A stretch of DNA of 64,000 bases. Origin: Eledone cirrhosa. Taxonomy: Eukaryota. Where the stretch lies: positions 229,710,001-229,774,000 of the forward strand of contig OZ024742.1 of the NCBI GenBank assembly GCA_964016885.1. Direction: 5' to 3'. A model generated the notes under the pieces. It did no database searches. It saw only the letters and a list, made by a program, of their open reading frames with translations, and had not been told where the DNA came from. Both the position numbers and the translations under genes were made by a program. Positions within the stretch are counted from its first letter, which is position 1, and each line of letters starts with the position of its first letter. Shown here piece after piece: positions 1 through 15,678 of this stretch.

Positions 1-2159
1 ATAACTTTTAGCTAATATTCCAGTAGGAATCGTGTTTTTTTCCTCTTTTAACACATCGTAACACACACTGATTTGTAACACATTGACATTTAATGGGTCT
101 TTCTAAAAATAAAAAAATAAAAAAAATGTAATAGCATTCCGATCTAGGCAAATGAGTTTTTGTCATAAAATATTATTATTCCCTGCGATGTTATTAGGAG
201 TTGTCTTACATATTATTTTATATTTATTTTATTTTACATTTACAAAAAAAAAAAAAAAAAATTGATAAAGTCTATTGCTTATACAGCATTACATGTATAA
301 TTTCAGGTAAGCTAGCAGTAGGTATAGCTCGGAAACTACTTTCGGTTTCAGATTAAAGTGATTTATGTTATTGATATATAATCGTGTAAGCCGCTAGATG
401 GTCGGACGGAATACTAATGATATTCGTCCGATTCTTTGGGCTCCGAGTTCAAATCCCATTGTGGAGTCGAACATTTCTTACTTTCTCTTTGACTCCTAAT
501 TTTCTGCAAGAAATCCGCTGTATTCAGACCTAGAGACGAATGAGCTCCATTAGATTTAAATACCCAAGTCGGCCCTTTTAAGACACCACATGTAAAAAAA
601 TCATATAATATTATTGATGCATGCATGGCAGGCAAGTTAAGATGTATAGGTCGCAATCGAGAATTCCTAGGCTAGATACTACTGCATGACTTCTTGTACC
701 AGTGTTTTATACCTTAGTCTTTTGAGTGAAATTGAGCTGATGGAAATTGTGCGGATGATTAAAGGTACACGTAATTGTCGAATACTTAACCACTCGCGCT
801 TTAATTCGTACGTCGGACGTTCAGTAGCTCAAACAGCTGCATATTCATCGCAGAAACCAGGGGAGGATCTATCATAACATAAATGTATATTTTAAGCATT
901 TGAGCGAGTAAAAACCTTTTGTACCTCTAATTCAAAGTTTAGATGTTGTGTTACACTGATTCTGCTTGAGAATTATTTGAAGGTCTCATATGCTTGTTGT
1001 ACTTGTAGAATACTTAAAATTATATACACCTTAATACAAGTTGAATATACATGTAATTCAAAGTTCATCTGTGTCACATATTTTGTCATATTACTACTGC
1101 GTGAGAATTATTTAAGGTTAAGTGCAACGTGTCTGCAGAATAGTAAACCCCTTACACGTTAATTGCTGTTTCGGCCATTTAGTCGATCGAAAGATTAAAA
1201 GATTAACGTCGTAACCGACGGAGGATCTGTCTTAGAATTGTGATAAATATAAGAAAGATGCAACTTAGCCTTGTTCACTTCCGCTTAAGTACAGCATACC
1301 GAAGAATATCAAATGTGTGTCGTTTATAATGATAAACGTTTATGTTAGAGAGATAACCTGTTTTGCAGTGGATGGTGGATTAACAGAATCAGTTGATCCT
1401 CGGACAGAATAGTTTTTTTCAGATCTTTACCTACTAAGCTCAAATATCAACACTGGTCGACATTGAATTTCATTTCCTGAAGACTAGAAAATGAAGGAGT
1501 TCGATTTGCAGCCTAGTAGTTTCGAGTTCAGTGCAACTGTTCGACAATATAGGGAAGGCCGGACTGAAAAATTTACTTGAGAATTTTAATTCCGCGAAAG
1601 CACTATACATATTTCGCTGACGTAGCCCTATTATCAGATTCTGAGTTCAAATCCCGCCGAGGTTAACTTTGCCTTTCATCCTTACGGGGTCGATAAATTA
1701 AAGTACCTGTAATGTACTGGTAATTGCTGGCCTTGTGCCTAAAGTATAAACAATTATCAGATGCATCACTAGCCGATTTCATCAAGTGGTATTTGCGAAA
1801 TTATATAATAGGTATACGTTGAACCCAAACAAAAAATAGAAAATAAAACATTGAAAATAGAAAAGAATGGACCGGTTGGATTCGGTGACAGCCTGCTAAT
1901 TCGTGATATATCAGTGGCAGGCGGTTCCACTCACTAGGCCATCAAAATATGCGGTATCAAAAGACTTAAGTAAATTTTTCAGTCCAGCCTCCTGTTTTTG
2001 TTTTAATGAATAATTAACCATGTTCCTGCACCAGCCAGATGATTCCCCATCTACCATGGATGATTTGCATAACGTTGAGTGCTGTTATTAATTCATTGCA
2101 TCATTGTTTCCCAAAGAGAACTACTACTTGTACAGATTCATAAACAGCTTAACATAAAT

Positions 2160-2202
<43 letters not shown>

Positions 2203-2960
2203 TGTATATATATATAGATAGATATGTGTGTGTAAAAATATACATACATATATATATACGTATATGTATATTGTATATATATAGAGAGATAGGTAGATAT
2301 GTGTGTGGTGTGTGTAAAAATATACATACATATATATACGTACACACACACACACACACACATATATATAGGACTAGCTTTTATGTATATATGTATGCGT
2401 GTGCGTGTGCGTGCGTGTATAATCTTGTCTGTGTTTATGACACGTAACTAACCGATCGACAAAACTGGATCTATAAAATACATGTAAGACTTTAAAAAAA
2501 AAATCAGTGGAATAGATATGTTCAATTACAATGAAGCGATGCTGCTGCATCGCCGCAGTCTAATTGCTGCAAAAATAATAGAGCAGTAACCACATTAGTA
2601 TCTAACTAATAACGTGTGGTTTAATGGTTATGGTGTTTCGCTTGTGATCGTAATGCTGCAATTTCGTTTCTAAGCGGTATACTATGTTCTTCAGTGAAAC
2701 ACTATAACTGACGTTTCTCAGTTCACTTATCTAGCAAAGAAACATATTACTCCAAAAAGTGAGCCTTTTAACTCGCTCTGAGTCAAATTGAATCTCTCTG
2801 GTTATTTACACATCGGTGAAGTGATCCGCCACATCAAATATACGTAGGTCGTTTGAAAAGTTGAAAGGCGGAAAAGTTCATAAGCTGACCAAGATACTCT
2901 CAAGGTTTATTTTTCAACATGTAAAGGAATAATGCAGTTATTAATAAGAATAGTTTAAAT

Positions 2961-3290
2961 CAGGGGTGTGCAACAGGTGGCCTGCGGGCCACAATACGGC
3001 CCGCCAGAACAGTCAGAGTGGCCCGCGATGACCGTTTTTAAATGTTACCTTGTAGGCTTATTTAGAATTTTTTTCGTAACCGTAATACAATTTTATGTTA
3101 GTTGACATATACCAAATACCATGTCCCGCATTAATAAAACTAAATTATATTTTATTTGTCTTTATTGGTTAAAAATGTATTTACAATGTATTTATAACTC
3201 AAGTCACTGGTTTTCATTAGATTACATATTTTTCACGGAGACGGGCCCTAATAGTTGTTCCAATGTTCAAAAGTGGACCGCCAATGGAAT
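2961..3290 (+). mobile_element. hAT/Charlie-like MITE fragment
   Basis: Starts caggggtgtgcaac..ggcctgcgggccac..cggcccgcc, a typical hAT-Charlie terminus; no right TIR seen. Confidence 0.55.
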
Positions 3291-3562
3291 GGTTTAAATT
3301 AATGCAAGCAATATTTCACAACCCTATCATCACTCCTTCATCTTCAGCCTATGAACTTTTCAGCCGGCTCTCGTATTATAAGATAGACTAAATCTGTAAT
3401 TTCTTACAAACAGTGGTGCGATGAATCTTTCGTATATCTACGTTAAGTGTACACTTACCTCTGGAATGTTCAGGCATTTGCACGTAAATCCCACAAGTAT
3501 ATTCTTTCGTTAATCGAACAATTAGCAAACTCATCAGGCTAACACAGGGAGGTCTAACGCAC

Positions 3563-3692
<130 letters not shown>

Positions 3693-4481
3693 GAAAAACC
3701 GGTTGATAGATTTCTGTCAATTTCGACTGTGATTGTTCCAGTGTTTTGCTTGACGGAACAGCGTGATCATAGATACGTGAATTTGTGTGAATAACGTAAT
3801 TTGTGTGAGACACAGCATGTGAGATGGCAGGTCCTTTGCAATACAGGTAAAAATCCATCCGACGGACGAGTTTCCAAATAGTTTCCGTATAAGCAATTTC
3901 ATTCACTAAGGAGGGGTCAACTCGTGGCTGTGAGAAATTGAAATTTTCCATGATAGCATATAATGAAATCTAGCCCGGATCCTAATGAATCCAAAGTGAA
4001 TCTCTGAATCATTAGGCTATAGTGCTTCCACAATACACGCACATACTAACGCAAACACACACAGACGTAGACGACAAATCACACACATACACTCATACAT
4101 TCACAAGCACATACACAGAAATACAAACACCTTCTTTCTTACTATTAATTTCCCAATCATAAAACAGTGATGTAAAACGTTGTAGTTGTTGGATACAGAT
4201 ATTAACTCATCAATCCCATTGTCCTAAGTTATATACACATACATATAAGTATAAATCTACTCAGTGATGAAGTTGTAAAATAAAAATACTTTATCTACAC
4301 TCCTCTCCAGAAATAAAATATACTCAATACAGTATATAAAATCATTGTAAATATTTTCTAATGTATTCAAAGTAATTTCTTTTCTCTGTTAAATAAACAA
4401 TTATGTTCACACACATCACACATACCACACATTCACAAAGACAACATATTTTCTTTCATTAGTGTTTATATATATATATAC

Positions 4482-4526
<45 letters not shown>

Positions 4527-4575
4527 GGCGTATATGTACGTAAAGTATTTATAAACGCTCTATATAACTATAGAT

Positions 4576-4681
<106 letters not shown>

Positions 4682-4712
4682 ACACGGGTGTGTATGATTG
4701 TGTATAGAAGAT

Positions 4713-5069
4713 TTCCAACTTTGTCTGATTTACTCGTTTTATTTACAATCCTTTAAAATTTATAATGGTATTATAATGAAATAGTATGATAGAATATTAA
4801 ATGTTAAGTGTTAATTGAACAAGTACTTAAATGCTTTCGCAATCTTCAGGTTCATAATGTGTGGTGACAGTCAAGTTTGCAATTTTCAACTGTCGAAAAT
4901 TGCAAACTTGACTGTCACCACACATTATGAACCTGAAGATTGCGAAAGCATGAAAGTACTTGTTCAATTAACACTTAGCATTTAATATTCTATCATACTA
5001 TTTCATTATAATACCATTATAAATTTTAAAGGATTGTAAATAAAACGAGTAAATCAGACAAAGTTGGAA
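4713..5069. repeat. Near-perfect palindrome, 175-bp arms, 7-nt loop
   Basis: 4713-4887 is the reverse complement of 4895-5069 with ~3 mismatches. Confidence 0.95.
4928..4966 (+). ncRNA. Minimal type I hammerhead-like motif
   Basis: UGAAC-CUGAAGA-UUGCGAAAGCAU-GAAA-GUAC-UU-GUUCA. Confidence 0.7.
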
Positions 5070-5290
5070 TTCCTCTTATTAATATATATATAACGAAGGA
5101 AATCTGGTAAGGAACCAGATGGACCATAACGCACCAAAGTACTCAATACTTAGGCAGTAGAGTGGGTAATAGGAACGAGTAGGGCCCCGACGGCTGAGCT
5201 CAAGACGTTTCGACGGCTAATTCTGGACTAGTCCACAATTGAATTAGCCGTCGAAACGGCTTCAGCTCAGCCGTCGGGGTCCTACTCGTT

Positions 5291-5351
<61 letters not shown>

Positions 5352-5835
5352 ATTATATATATATACATACATAATATGTATAAATATATATATATAAACA
5401 TATTCAATGATACTAAATAAATGGAAACTATATTTATAAAACCATATTTATTCTATTATATATATTTCAGACAAATGTCTGAATATATTTTCCCTAAATT
5501 AACGTTCAAGTGATCTTCCTTTTCCTTCTTCTTCAATAATTTTAGTTTGATAATTTATATAGCTTCGTTAAGTTAACGATATTCTGAAAACATTCTCAAT
5601 GTTGAAAATTTTTGAATCCACAAATTATTCTAATCTTACAACTTGAAAATAAAATTTTCAACAGCCTTCGTAACTCATATACGCAACTTATTAATATATA
5701 TAGAGGTATTTATATACATATAACCTATCCTAATGTAATAAGATAAAAATACTTACAACCATAATTCTTCATATAATTTTATAACTCATAGCAAAAGTCT
5801 TTTCCTCCAAATTAACGTTATTCTTTTCTTTTTCT

Positions 5836-5867
<32 letters not shown>

Positions 5868-6110
5868 TTTCTTTTTCTTTTTCTTTTTCTTTTTCTCCTT
5901 CTCTCCCTTCCTTATCATAAATATTTAAATTTTCCACAGCGTCTAAAATAACGTTTTTTCAGCTCTTTAATATACATATCATTTGCATACTCATATTAAT
6001 AATTTTAAATATCTGACTGTTCTTCTCTCTTCCCTTCACTTTCCAGGGATAACTTGAACCGTTAAGGTATGTTATCCTTGGTCATGTCAAATATTTATAA
6101 AACATTTTGT

Positions 6111-6170
6111 ATTTTATCTGATGATAGCGTACCAAAATTGTTGGTACCCTTGAAATATATATAATAGAAT
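6111..6170 (+). ncRNA. Type I hammerhead ribozyme (second copy 13298-13356, minus strand)
   Basis: AUUUUAU-CUGAUGA-[GUACCAA/UUGGUAC stem]-GAAA-UAUAUA-UA-AUAGAAU. Confidence 0.75.
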
Positions 6171-6307
6171 AAATATGGTTTTATAAATATAGTTTCCATT
6201 TATTTAATATCTTTGAATACTTACTCCAGAAAAATACTGTCGAGTGCTCTGAATCAGTTGTAAACATATATATTTGTTGAATTTCCAACAAATTAAATAT
6301 CTCTTCT

Positions 6308-6672
<365 letters not shown>

Positions 6673-7250
6673 CAAGTGTAGGTGAAAGTGTCAAATTAAA
6701 AAAAAATCATTTGACACGAGGAAATGTGATAACAAGTCTTATTTATTTTGATCAGGTCTCGTAATGGCTACTTCGAAAAGATTCAATGATTAAGATGCAA
6801 TAAATATTCAAGTTAAAATCAACAACATATATGTATATATAAACACGGAGGCAAAATATACATACACGATTATCAAATACATGAAAACGATAATAACATA
6901 TATATACACAAAAACGACATAATAATCGAAATGTACATAAAATTTAATCAAAATATACCAAATTATTAGTAAACATGAAATAGAAACAAACAAAAAAGAG
7001 AAATAAAAATATAAATATAAAAATATAAAAACAAAAATATGACAGTAAAAATAAAATAAAAATGAAAATCTAAAATCTAAACTACGAACGAATATGAATT
7101 AAAAATCAGGAATATAGATGAAAATAAAAAAATAATTAAAATTAAGAAATTGAAAACATTTTGTTGGAAAATATGTTGTTATTCATGAAAATATTTTCTT
7201 TATCAAATTCTAAAGTGTTGCTACTGTATGAAGATCAACAGGCTGTAAGA

Positions 7251-7317
<67 letters not shown>

Positions 7318-7350
7318 GTATATGTTTATATATATATAAAAACATATATG

Positions 7351-7409
<59 letters not shown>

Positions 7410-7527
7410 ATATGTATATACAGATATATGTCTACTTACATATATAGGTACATATAGATGTGTAAGTCTGCGTATGTGCATGCGTATATATAAGCATATA
7501 TATATATATATGTATATTTATATATGC

Positions 7528-7558
<31 letters not shown>

Positions 7559-7906
7559 GTGAGGGTTTTTTTACAAAATCAAAAATAACCGAGGTGTCCT
7601 ACACGAGTGAAAGTATAAAGAAAAAAAGATTAATCGAAAATGCAACTGGAGACTTATTTAAAAAAAAATAAATATATTTATTTGGTTCCTTTACCGATTC
7701 GCTAATCTCCTGCTTTTCAAGGCCAGCAATTACACAGTACATTACTGGTACTTTATTTTATCGACCCCGTAAGGATGAAAGGCAAAGTTAACCTCGGCGG
7801 GATTTGAACTCAGACTGTAACTCCACAAAACCTCAATGTTGAGTGCTTCTAATCTATTGTAAAACTATATTCATTGATTAATCAATGAACCTTGTTAAAC
7901 CTTTGG

Positions 7907-7950
<44 letters not shown>

Positions 7951-8039
7951 TTGGTTATATATATATACATGAAGTGTAAGTCAGTACGTTAAAATTAACT
8001 TCGTTTATTCATATTCCCTTTTATATATTTCAGTGAAAA

Positions 8040-8500
8040 CCATTATGCTACAACTAGGACCTCATCAGATAGAAGGTGGAAGGCTGCTTGAACAGTTATT
8101 TCATGGGTAGCTGACAAGAGGGAAAAGGCCACAACATAAATCAAAGAAGTGACTTAAAGATGACATAAAAGACACGCTTAAAACTCCGAAGATTGATATG
8201 GAAAACTGAGAACGATTGGCTGAAGGTCGTACATCATGGAGAAAAAACATCAAATATGGATGTGAATTATTTTAGAAAAAGCGATTGGAACATGCTTTTT
8301 TGAAACTTTCAAGCAGTGGCTGCACAAATCCAACAAGATTTGGGGGGCAATGTATGTGGCGAATTTCTTCTAACAAGAGCTAGATTTGTCAACCATCTGA
8401 AATCACACGAGCCAGGGAGAAATCGAGCCTCCTATGAAATGGTTCTACTGCCACACATTCCTTCGTACATTTGCAGTGAGTGTGGCAGAACTGAGTTGTT
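8040..8500 (+). pseudogene. RTE-clade LINE 3' fragment
   Basis: RLLEQLFHG*L..GKRP..K..KD..K..L..W..LA..R..WR..I..G..E followed by C2H2-like remnants (CGEF..NHLKSH, CSEC). Confidence 0.75.
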
Positions 8501-10847
8501 TCTGAAATAAAGAAGTCAACATGGTGACTTCAATTGAAATAATACCCATTACAAATGACAAATTACTTCTATCTTTCGTCCATATGGTTTTGAGAGGCAA
8601 AAATGTCGAAGTTAACATACACTATTCAGGCATATGTGAGCATATCTACATGTGTATGGAGGTGGTGGTGTTGCATTATGCAGCTGATTATATGCTCACA
8701 TATATATATATATGTATTTATTTGTATTTACGCATACACACACAAACACATAGACACACATATATGTACACACCAGTCATGTAACCATACATTAAAAGCT
8801 ATGTGATGTCATAACATAGTAAACATTGATCCGAGAAGTGAACCCATTAACTAATGTAACATTAAACCAGTGAAATATGCGTACTACACTGAGGCTAGCT
8901 GATCCTCATAACGATTCGAGTGGATAATTTCATATACAATAGGATTTCTGTCATACAAAAATTATTAATGATCCAGCTTTCGCAGCCTAACCTAGCACTA
9001 CTTCTATAACGTTGTTGAAAAAAAAGGGTTCCTTGTAATGTTTTATCGTTATTGATATTTAACCGCAGGTCAACCTTTTGTGTGTAGTTCTGTTATCAAA
9101 GGCTTACCGAACATAGTTATATCGTGTTTTTTTATCAGGAAGAATTTGTCTAGTGTACCGAGTTGTCGTTCTCGTTAGAATGTCGGATGAAATACTCGTC
9201 GTACACATCTCCGCTGTCTACATTATGAATTCAAATCCTTCGTTATGAGTTCAACGTTGCTTTTCAACCCTTTGAGGTCAAGAATTAAAGTAGCAGCAAT
9301 TCAGTACTAGAGTCAGTATTTATTTGTATATATTTCTCACTTCCTCTCTCTCAATCTCTTTCTCTCTTTTGTTGTGTTACAAACTGGGGATCAACCAGGT
9401 TTAACAGCCCGGGATTCATTGCCTATCACTAAGGCTCCCCTACATATTTAACAGGTTTTAGGAGCCCATGGTATGGCATGAAAAAATGTATCTAAAAATT
9501 AATCATATGATGTGTCATTTTGTTTTGTTTTAAGAGAGTAGAATTTTATTTGAGGAAGATTTTACTGTGATTTCTAACACGTCAAGCCTCTAGGTAATTG
9601 ATTTGTTGCTACGTTGAAATGGTGTTTTGTTTATTTTGTTCTGTACTCTCGAGATCAAATCTGATCCAGCAGATCTAAGTTGAAAATGCTGAAGCCCTTG
9701 CTTTAACTTTCAATTTACCAAACAAAAGGGCGATGGATTGGCAATATCGGTAGTATGCCGAGCAATAAGCTTTGTGGCATTTAATTAAGACTTTCTACGT
9801 TTTGAGTTCAAATCCTGCCGAGGTCAACATTGATTGTCATTCTTCCGGGATCAGTAAACTAAAGTGACAGTTAAGTACTGCGGTCGATACAATCGATTTC
9901 CCCTTCCACCAAATATCTCTAACGTTGTGCCAATCTTACAAAGAATTATTTTATAAACAGTATGTAAAGGCCAGCGGAGGTGTGTGGCGTTGTTGTTAGG
10001 ATCTTGCGCTCTCTCGATCATAATGTCGTGTGTTTGATTTCCAGACCGGGTTAGTGCGCTGTACCATTTCTCCAGACGACTCCACCGAAAAATTAGTTGC
10101 CATCCTCCTGATTCAAAGCAGTATCTGCCTTTGTCTTTCCGTTTAATAGCATCTTATGTAGTGTATATATTGTATATATATATATACATCAGTTGTGACC
10201 CAACTGCTGCCATGCGTTCTCTTGGACAACATTGGTGACGTGATGTCGGGAGACTGCTATGGGCAGCATCTGGCCTTCCATAAAATACTTATCTCAGGCT
10301 TTCGCTTTGGAAGGTTTCCATATGCAAACCCAGGGTCAGTTTTGAACGAAGAGTACTTACGTATGTATATCTATAACGTTATCCAAACGGTTCGTTTCAT
10401 CGTATTTTAACAGATGTAAGCTGTAATTTACAGGCAACTTACAGTTATTTCTAGCAGATCCAACGACTCGTTATAACTTTATACCTAGATCCATAAAAAT
10501 GACAATTTTATATATAGATGTTATTTCTAATATTTGCGTATTTATTATTCTCTTTCCATCTTTATAGATTGTAATAACCATAGCTAAGTATATAAATGTT
10601 CCCATTTAAAATCAAACTCCTTTTGCTGTGGGTTTCAATCTAATAAAAAATCTTGATTTGTGTATTTATGAGGGATTTCAAGGGCGAAGTTCAGTTAGAA
10701 AACTTTGCTTTCTCTCAATGGCTGTTTGAACTGTAATATGCATTAATGCGAATGTGATCGATTACTTGAACAGGTGAAATATATCACACACAATAGGAGC
10801 GATATGCATATATATCTAGCTACAAATGCACACACACACGCACACAC

Positions 10848-10905
<58 letters not shown>

Positions 10906-10965
10906 ACACATATATATTCATATATATATATAAATATTTATACATCCATCCATACTTATAAATCT

Positions 10966-11035
<70 letters not shown>

Positions 11036-11201
11036 TTCATACACATGCACATGCACACTCTGTCTTTCTCTCTCACACACACAGACACACACATATATAT
11101 ATAGTGTGTGTGTATTTGTGTGTGTGTGTGTGTGTGTTACAAGAAATAAGCACACGCGGGCACAGATACAGAGAGAGAGATAGATAGATAGAGAGAGAGA
11201 T

Positions 11202-11239
<38 letters not shown>

Positions 11240-11665
11240 CGAAAAGAGGAAGCTAACGGAGACCAGTTATCTCTCATATTCTCTTTCCCTTTGGCTTTCC
11301 AGTGCGCTGACTCTCTCCTTTTCTCTCTCCTCCCCCTCTCTCTCTGTGAGGAAGGCGGAAAAAGTCAACATAGAAAGATCTGTAAAGCAACAACAGATAT
11401 CTATTTTCCTCGAAACAATGCCTTGTAATTTACAGATGGTAATGACAGGATTACTTTTCTAACCTACCTTTTACATTGATTACTTTTTTTCCTAATGTAC
11501 ACATACATACATCACGGTCATGCGCTTACACTTAGTTTTCATTGAGTGATACGTGATTTTATCGTTTTCACTATACATACATACATGTATATATACACAC
11601 ATAAAACACCCCTACACATATATACACAGGGAATCACGCACACCCAACCACACACATACAAACAC

Positions 11666-11704
<39 letters not shown>

Positions 11705-12071
11705 CTTATACCCACATTCACACATATTTATATATACTTATATATATATATATATATATATGTATCTACATGTGTATATATATATATATAAATATATGTA
11801 TGTGTGTATATGTATGCACATATAACATGCAGCTCACTGAAATTGCTGTTTACGTTTACTTAAACTCAATAGACAGGCCAATATACACAGATACGTGCAA
11901 GACAATCTGTATATATGCATAACTACTAGATATGCATGCACACATATTTAAACGGGCAAACCTGTACCTCACGTTGGATTTAATGATAATCTTTGGACTG
12001 CTTCCAAATAATAATTAAAGATTATTTTTTCTTCCATTATATTTTTGTCATTTCACTAGTCTAAGATCGCA

Positions 12072-12132
<61 letters not shown>

Positions 12133-12397
12133 TTGATATACATATATATGTAGGCTTCTACATAACCTGGACATTATTTTCCCAATTTGTAGAAAACTTA
12201 TAATGAAACGATCGTTTGGAAAGAGAGATGTATTTTAATTATGTCTCATATAAAATAATACAACTGGCCATCCGCAAAATACATATAGTTAGCACTCCAA
12301 ACGTATAATTGGGATTATACTAAGGTATATCGTAATGTTTGTTGAGTGAGACGGAAGCCGGTCGGAGTATTGCTTAAAACTTTCTCTGTTAATGCAT

Positions 12398-12490
<93 letters not shown>

Positions 12491-12564
12491 ATATATACGT
12501 TATTCCGGGTTGAATCGGAGGTAACCACAGTAAGTAAGGTACTCAAAACATTGCAGAGTATAAA

Positions 12565-12702
12565 AGTTTTAATATAGATGAGATTCTACAGGACTAGAAC
12601 TGTTTCATTCTTTAGAAATCATCAGGAATCTCATGAGATTCCTGATGATTTCTAAAGAATGAAACAGTTCTAGTCCTGTACAATCTCATCTATATTAAAA
12701 CT
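12565..12702. repeat. Spacer-less palindrome, 69-bp arms
   Basis: Centre tca|tga at 12633/12634; one mismatch. Confidence 0.95.
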
Positions 12703-12797
12703 ATATATATATATATATATATATATAAACAAGGTTTAGTAAATAATGAAAAAGTTTCAAAATAAATTTTTAAAAATTGACTTTACCTACTATAGTT

Positions 12798-12881
12798 ACC
12801 TTTACCGATCGGTTTCGAATCCCAAAAATAAAACGGAGACCATACGGCCTTCGTTGCAAAGAAAGATTCTCGTCAGAAGGT
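12798..12881 (-). ncRNA. Type I hammerhead ribozyme, canonical core
   Basis: ACCUU-CUGACGA-GAAUCUU..GGGAUUC-GAAA-CCGAUCGG-UA-AAGGU; stems I-III all pair and stem III is palindromic. Confidence 0.85.
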
Positions 12882-13221
12882 TCTTTTCATTCAAAGAATA
12901 TAAAATTCCTGAATTTAAATCACAAACTAGCGCTATCAAAAACTGTTCCTGGGATGAGAGTGGATGATGTAGAACAGGTTTATCAAGGGCCGTAGCAAAG
13001 ATAGAGGCAAAAGGAGGTAGGTCAAACTAGCCACCGCTATTGCTAGCAGCAGTCGGAATGACCCGGTTTGTTCTCAACGTTAGTGGAGGTAGTAGTAATA
13101 TGAAATACGTCCCTTCACGCACAAGGCGCCAAGGTACGCATGTATTGTCCAACCAAGTGCCAATGTGGTTCAATGGCGGGTTAATAAATTAACGAGCCAG
13201 AACAAATATAAACAAGGTTTA

Positions 13222-13255
<34 letters not shown>

Positions 13256-13297
13256 ATGATATTAATAAATGGAAACTATATTTATAAAACCATATTT

Positions 13298-13356
13298 ATT
13301 CTATTATATATATTTCAAGGGTACCAACACTTTGGTACGCCCTCATCAGATAAAAT
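13298..13356 (-). ncRNA. Type I hammerhead ribozyme, same family as 6111-6170
   Basis: AUUUUAU-CUGAUGA-GGGCGUACCAAAGUGUUGGUACCCUU-GAAA-UAUAUA-UA-AUAGAAU. Confidence 0.78.
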
Positions 13357-13840
13357 ACAAAGTTTGTTTTATAAATGTTGACATATCCAGGAACGCGATC
13401 TTAACAGTTCAAGTTTTTCCTGATAGTTTTTCTTGAATTACCAACAAATTAAATATCCCTTTGCTTATATATATAGAGAGAGAGAGAGTATGTGTGGGTT
13501 AGAGAGTTAGAGAGAAAGAGAGAGAGAGAGAGAAAGAGGGAGAGAGAGAGGGAGAGATGTGAGTACCGTGTTCAATCATGGCTAACCACAGTAAATAAGT
13601 TACTCAATACATTAGTAGAATGTATGCAACAAATTTAATATTGAAATGGCTTCTACAGGACTTGATCTGTTGCATTCGAAGGAAATCATCAGGATATATA
13701 TATATATATATATATATTTATAGAAATTTCGTATTTCTAAAGAAACACGGTATGTTTACAGAAAACATTTAGGAGGCCGTAGCTATACGAACACCGGGGT
13801 TAACGCCCTCTGGTGGTGCCCAGCAGAAGCAAGGAGGACA

Positions 13841-13884
13841 ACCGTCTATGCATTTCAGGCTTGATTGGCCTTGATCAGGACAGT
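13841..13884 (-). ncRNA. Hammerhead with G8C lesion in a probable inverted pseudo-LTR upstream of the Neptune-like element
   Basis: ACUGUC-CUGAUCA-AGGC(CAAUCAA)GCCU-GAAA-UGCA-UA-GACGGU. Confidence 0.7.
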
Positions 13885-14023
13885 CTCTCCAACAGCATGC
13901 AACTGCTGGACTTGAGGACAATCGAGAATATAGAGTTTTCTCATCTGTGTAAATGAGGTGATTAATCTCATTTGCAAATGAAGCTGCATAAGTTGGCTCA
14001 CTTATAATAGAATATCTCTCTCA

Positions 14024-14963
14024 CTTTCTCTCTCGACATCCTCATTAAGATTGATAACAAAAAATAGAAACAGACATATACCACAAGCCCACAGACTCCA
14101 AGCAATATCTTCCTTTCAACTCTTGCACCCTAGACACGTTAACATTAATATTCCCTACAACTTAGCCAAGAGAATCTGTACTATAGTCTCCAATAAAAAC
14201 ACCTGCTACTTACGGCTACAAGAACTAAAGGACACACTCATAGGCAGGGACTACCCTGCATCATTAATTGACAATGGAATCAAACGTGCCTTAAAACTCA
14301 GTACCCAGGACCTTAGACACCCTAAGGTAAATCAACCGAAACTAAAAGCTCTTCAATACATCTCCACACACAACCCCTCAACAATGAGGCCTTTGACACC
14401 ATCCTCCAGAACATCCCTGTGTTAAAAAAGGACCATAGAATGAACCAAATCCTACGAACACACGATATCATAAAGAGCAAAAGACAATCTAAGTCAATGA
14501 AAAACATCCTAACACATGCCAAATTACTGCCAACCACAACAACGAAACCCACAGTAAAAAAAATGCGATAGACCCAACGGTGGCATATGCATCAACCTAA
14601 TAGAGGGTTCGGAATTCTATTTCAAAGAAGGACAACGTTTTATAGTAAAACACAATTTCACATGCGCATCAGAAAATCTAATATTTGTATTTAACTTGCT
14701 CAGGTTGTCGAGAACAATACATAGGCCAGACCAAAAACAGCCTCCGCCAACGCATGACTGCCCATAGATCCCAAATTAAAATACGGGAATACAGGAAAAT
14801 ACCACTGAGTGAACACATTGATACCTGCGCCACCCAAAATCATCCCAACTTCAGAATCTTTCCCCTCTACAAATTTAAAGATAATGCCACCCACACCCGG
14901 CGCATCAACAAGGAATCTCACTTTATTAACAAATACGGACCCCGTCTAAACACTTCTCCCTAA
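14024..14963 (+). pseudogene. Penelope-like element, Neptune-like (RT C-terminus + GIY-YIG endonuclease), frameshifted and 5'-truncated
   Basis: LDILI..TDIYHKPTDSKQYL..HPRH..IPYNLAKRICTIVS; GIY-YIG region FTCASENL..LTCSGCREQYIGQT..LRQRM..H..E..IN..P.LN. Confidence 0.9.
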
Positions 14964-15436
14964 GACGAACCCACAACATACACACGTCAACATACAGACC
15001 TACATCAGCATACATCCTACATACATCTCTATCCACATATAAACACAATGACATACGTAAACACACATGTTCTATGGTGCAACACAAATATACACAAATT
15101 TGCATACCTTTTGATGTCTATAGATATAAACGTGCCGACACACACACATACATATACGCACACATGCATTGCACACTGATGGGCACACACATATTTGTAC
15201 ACAAGTATTTCAATACGGCAAGGCCTAATGGACTCCCCTTGCAGTGTGTACAATCTGGACACTCACACACACCTTGGTCTTATGCCAATACTATATATCA
15301 TTTCACACCTTCTATTATTAATGTTTTTGATGTTCTATGAGAGAATCGTTTTTGCTGAAAATATCGAATAATGTACACCATTTTTACCAGTATCACAAAA
15401 ATACTGGTCCACCCCCACACACACACACACATTCAT

Positions 15437-15477
<41 letters not shown>

Positions 15478-15646
15478 TACACACGCGTACATTAACATAC
15501 AAAGAGACATATACACACACAGACACACACACACTTCTCCGTATAAGACAAGAGCTGAAAAATATCTTTTGACATGTTAAAATATCCCCCACACACGTAC
15601 AGACACATTCCTACTGACCATTCCCTCTACCACGAATTACTCTGCT

Positions 15647-15678
<32 letters not shown>

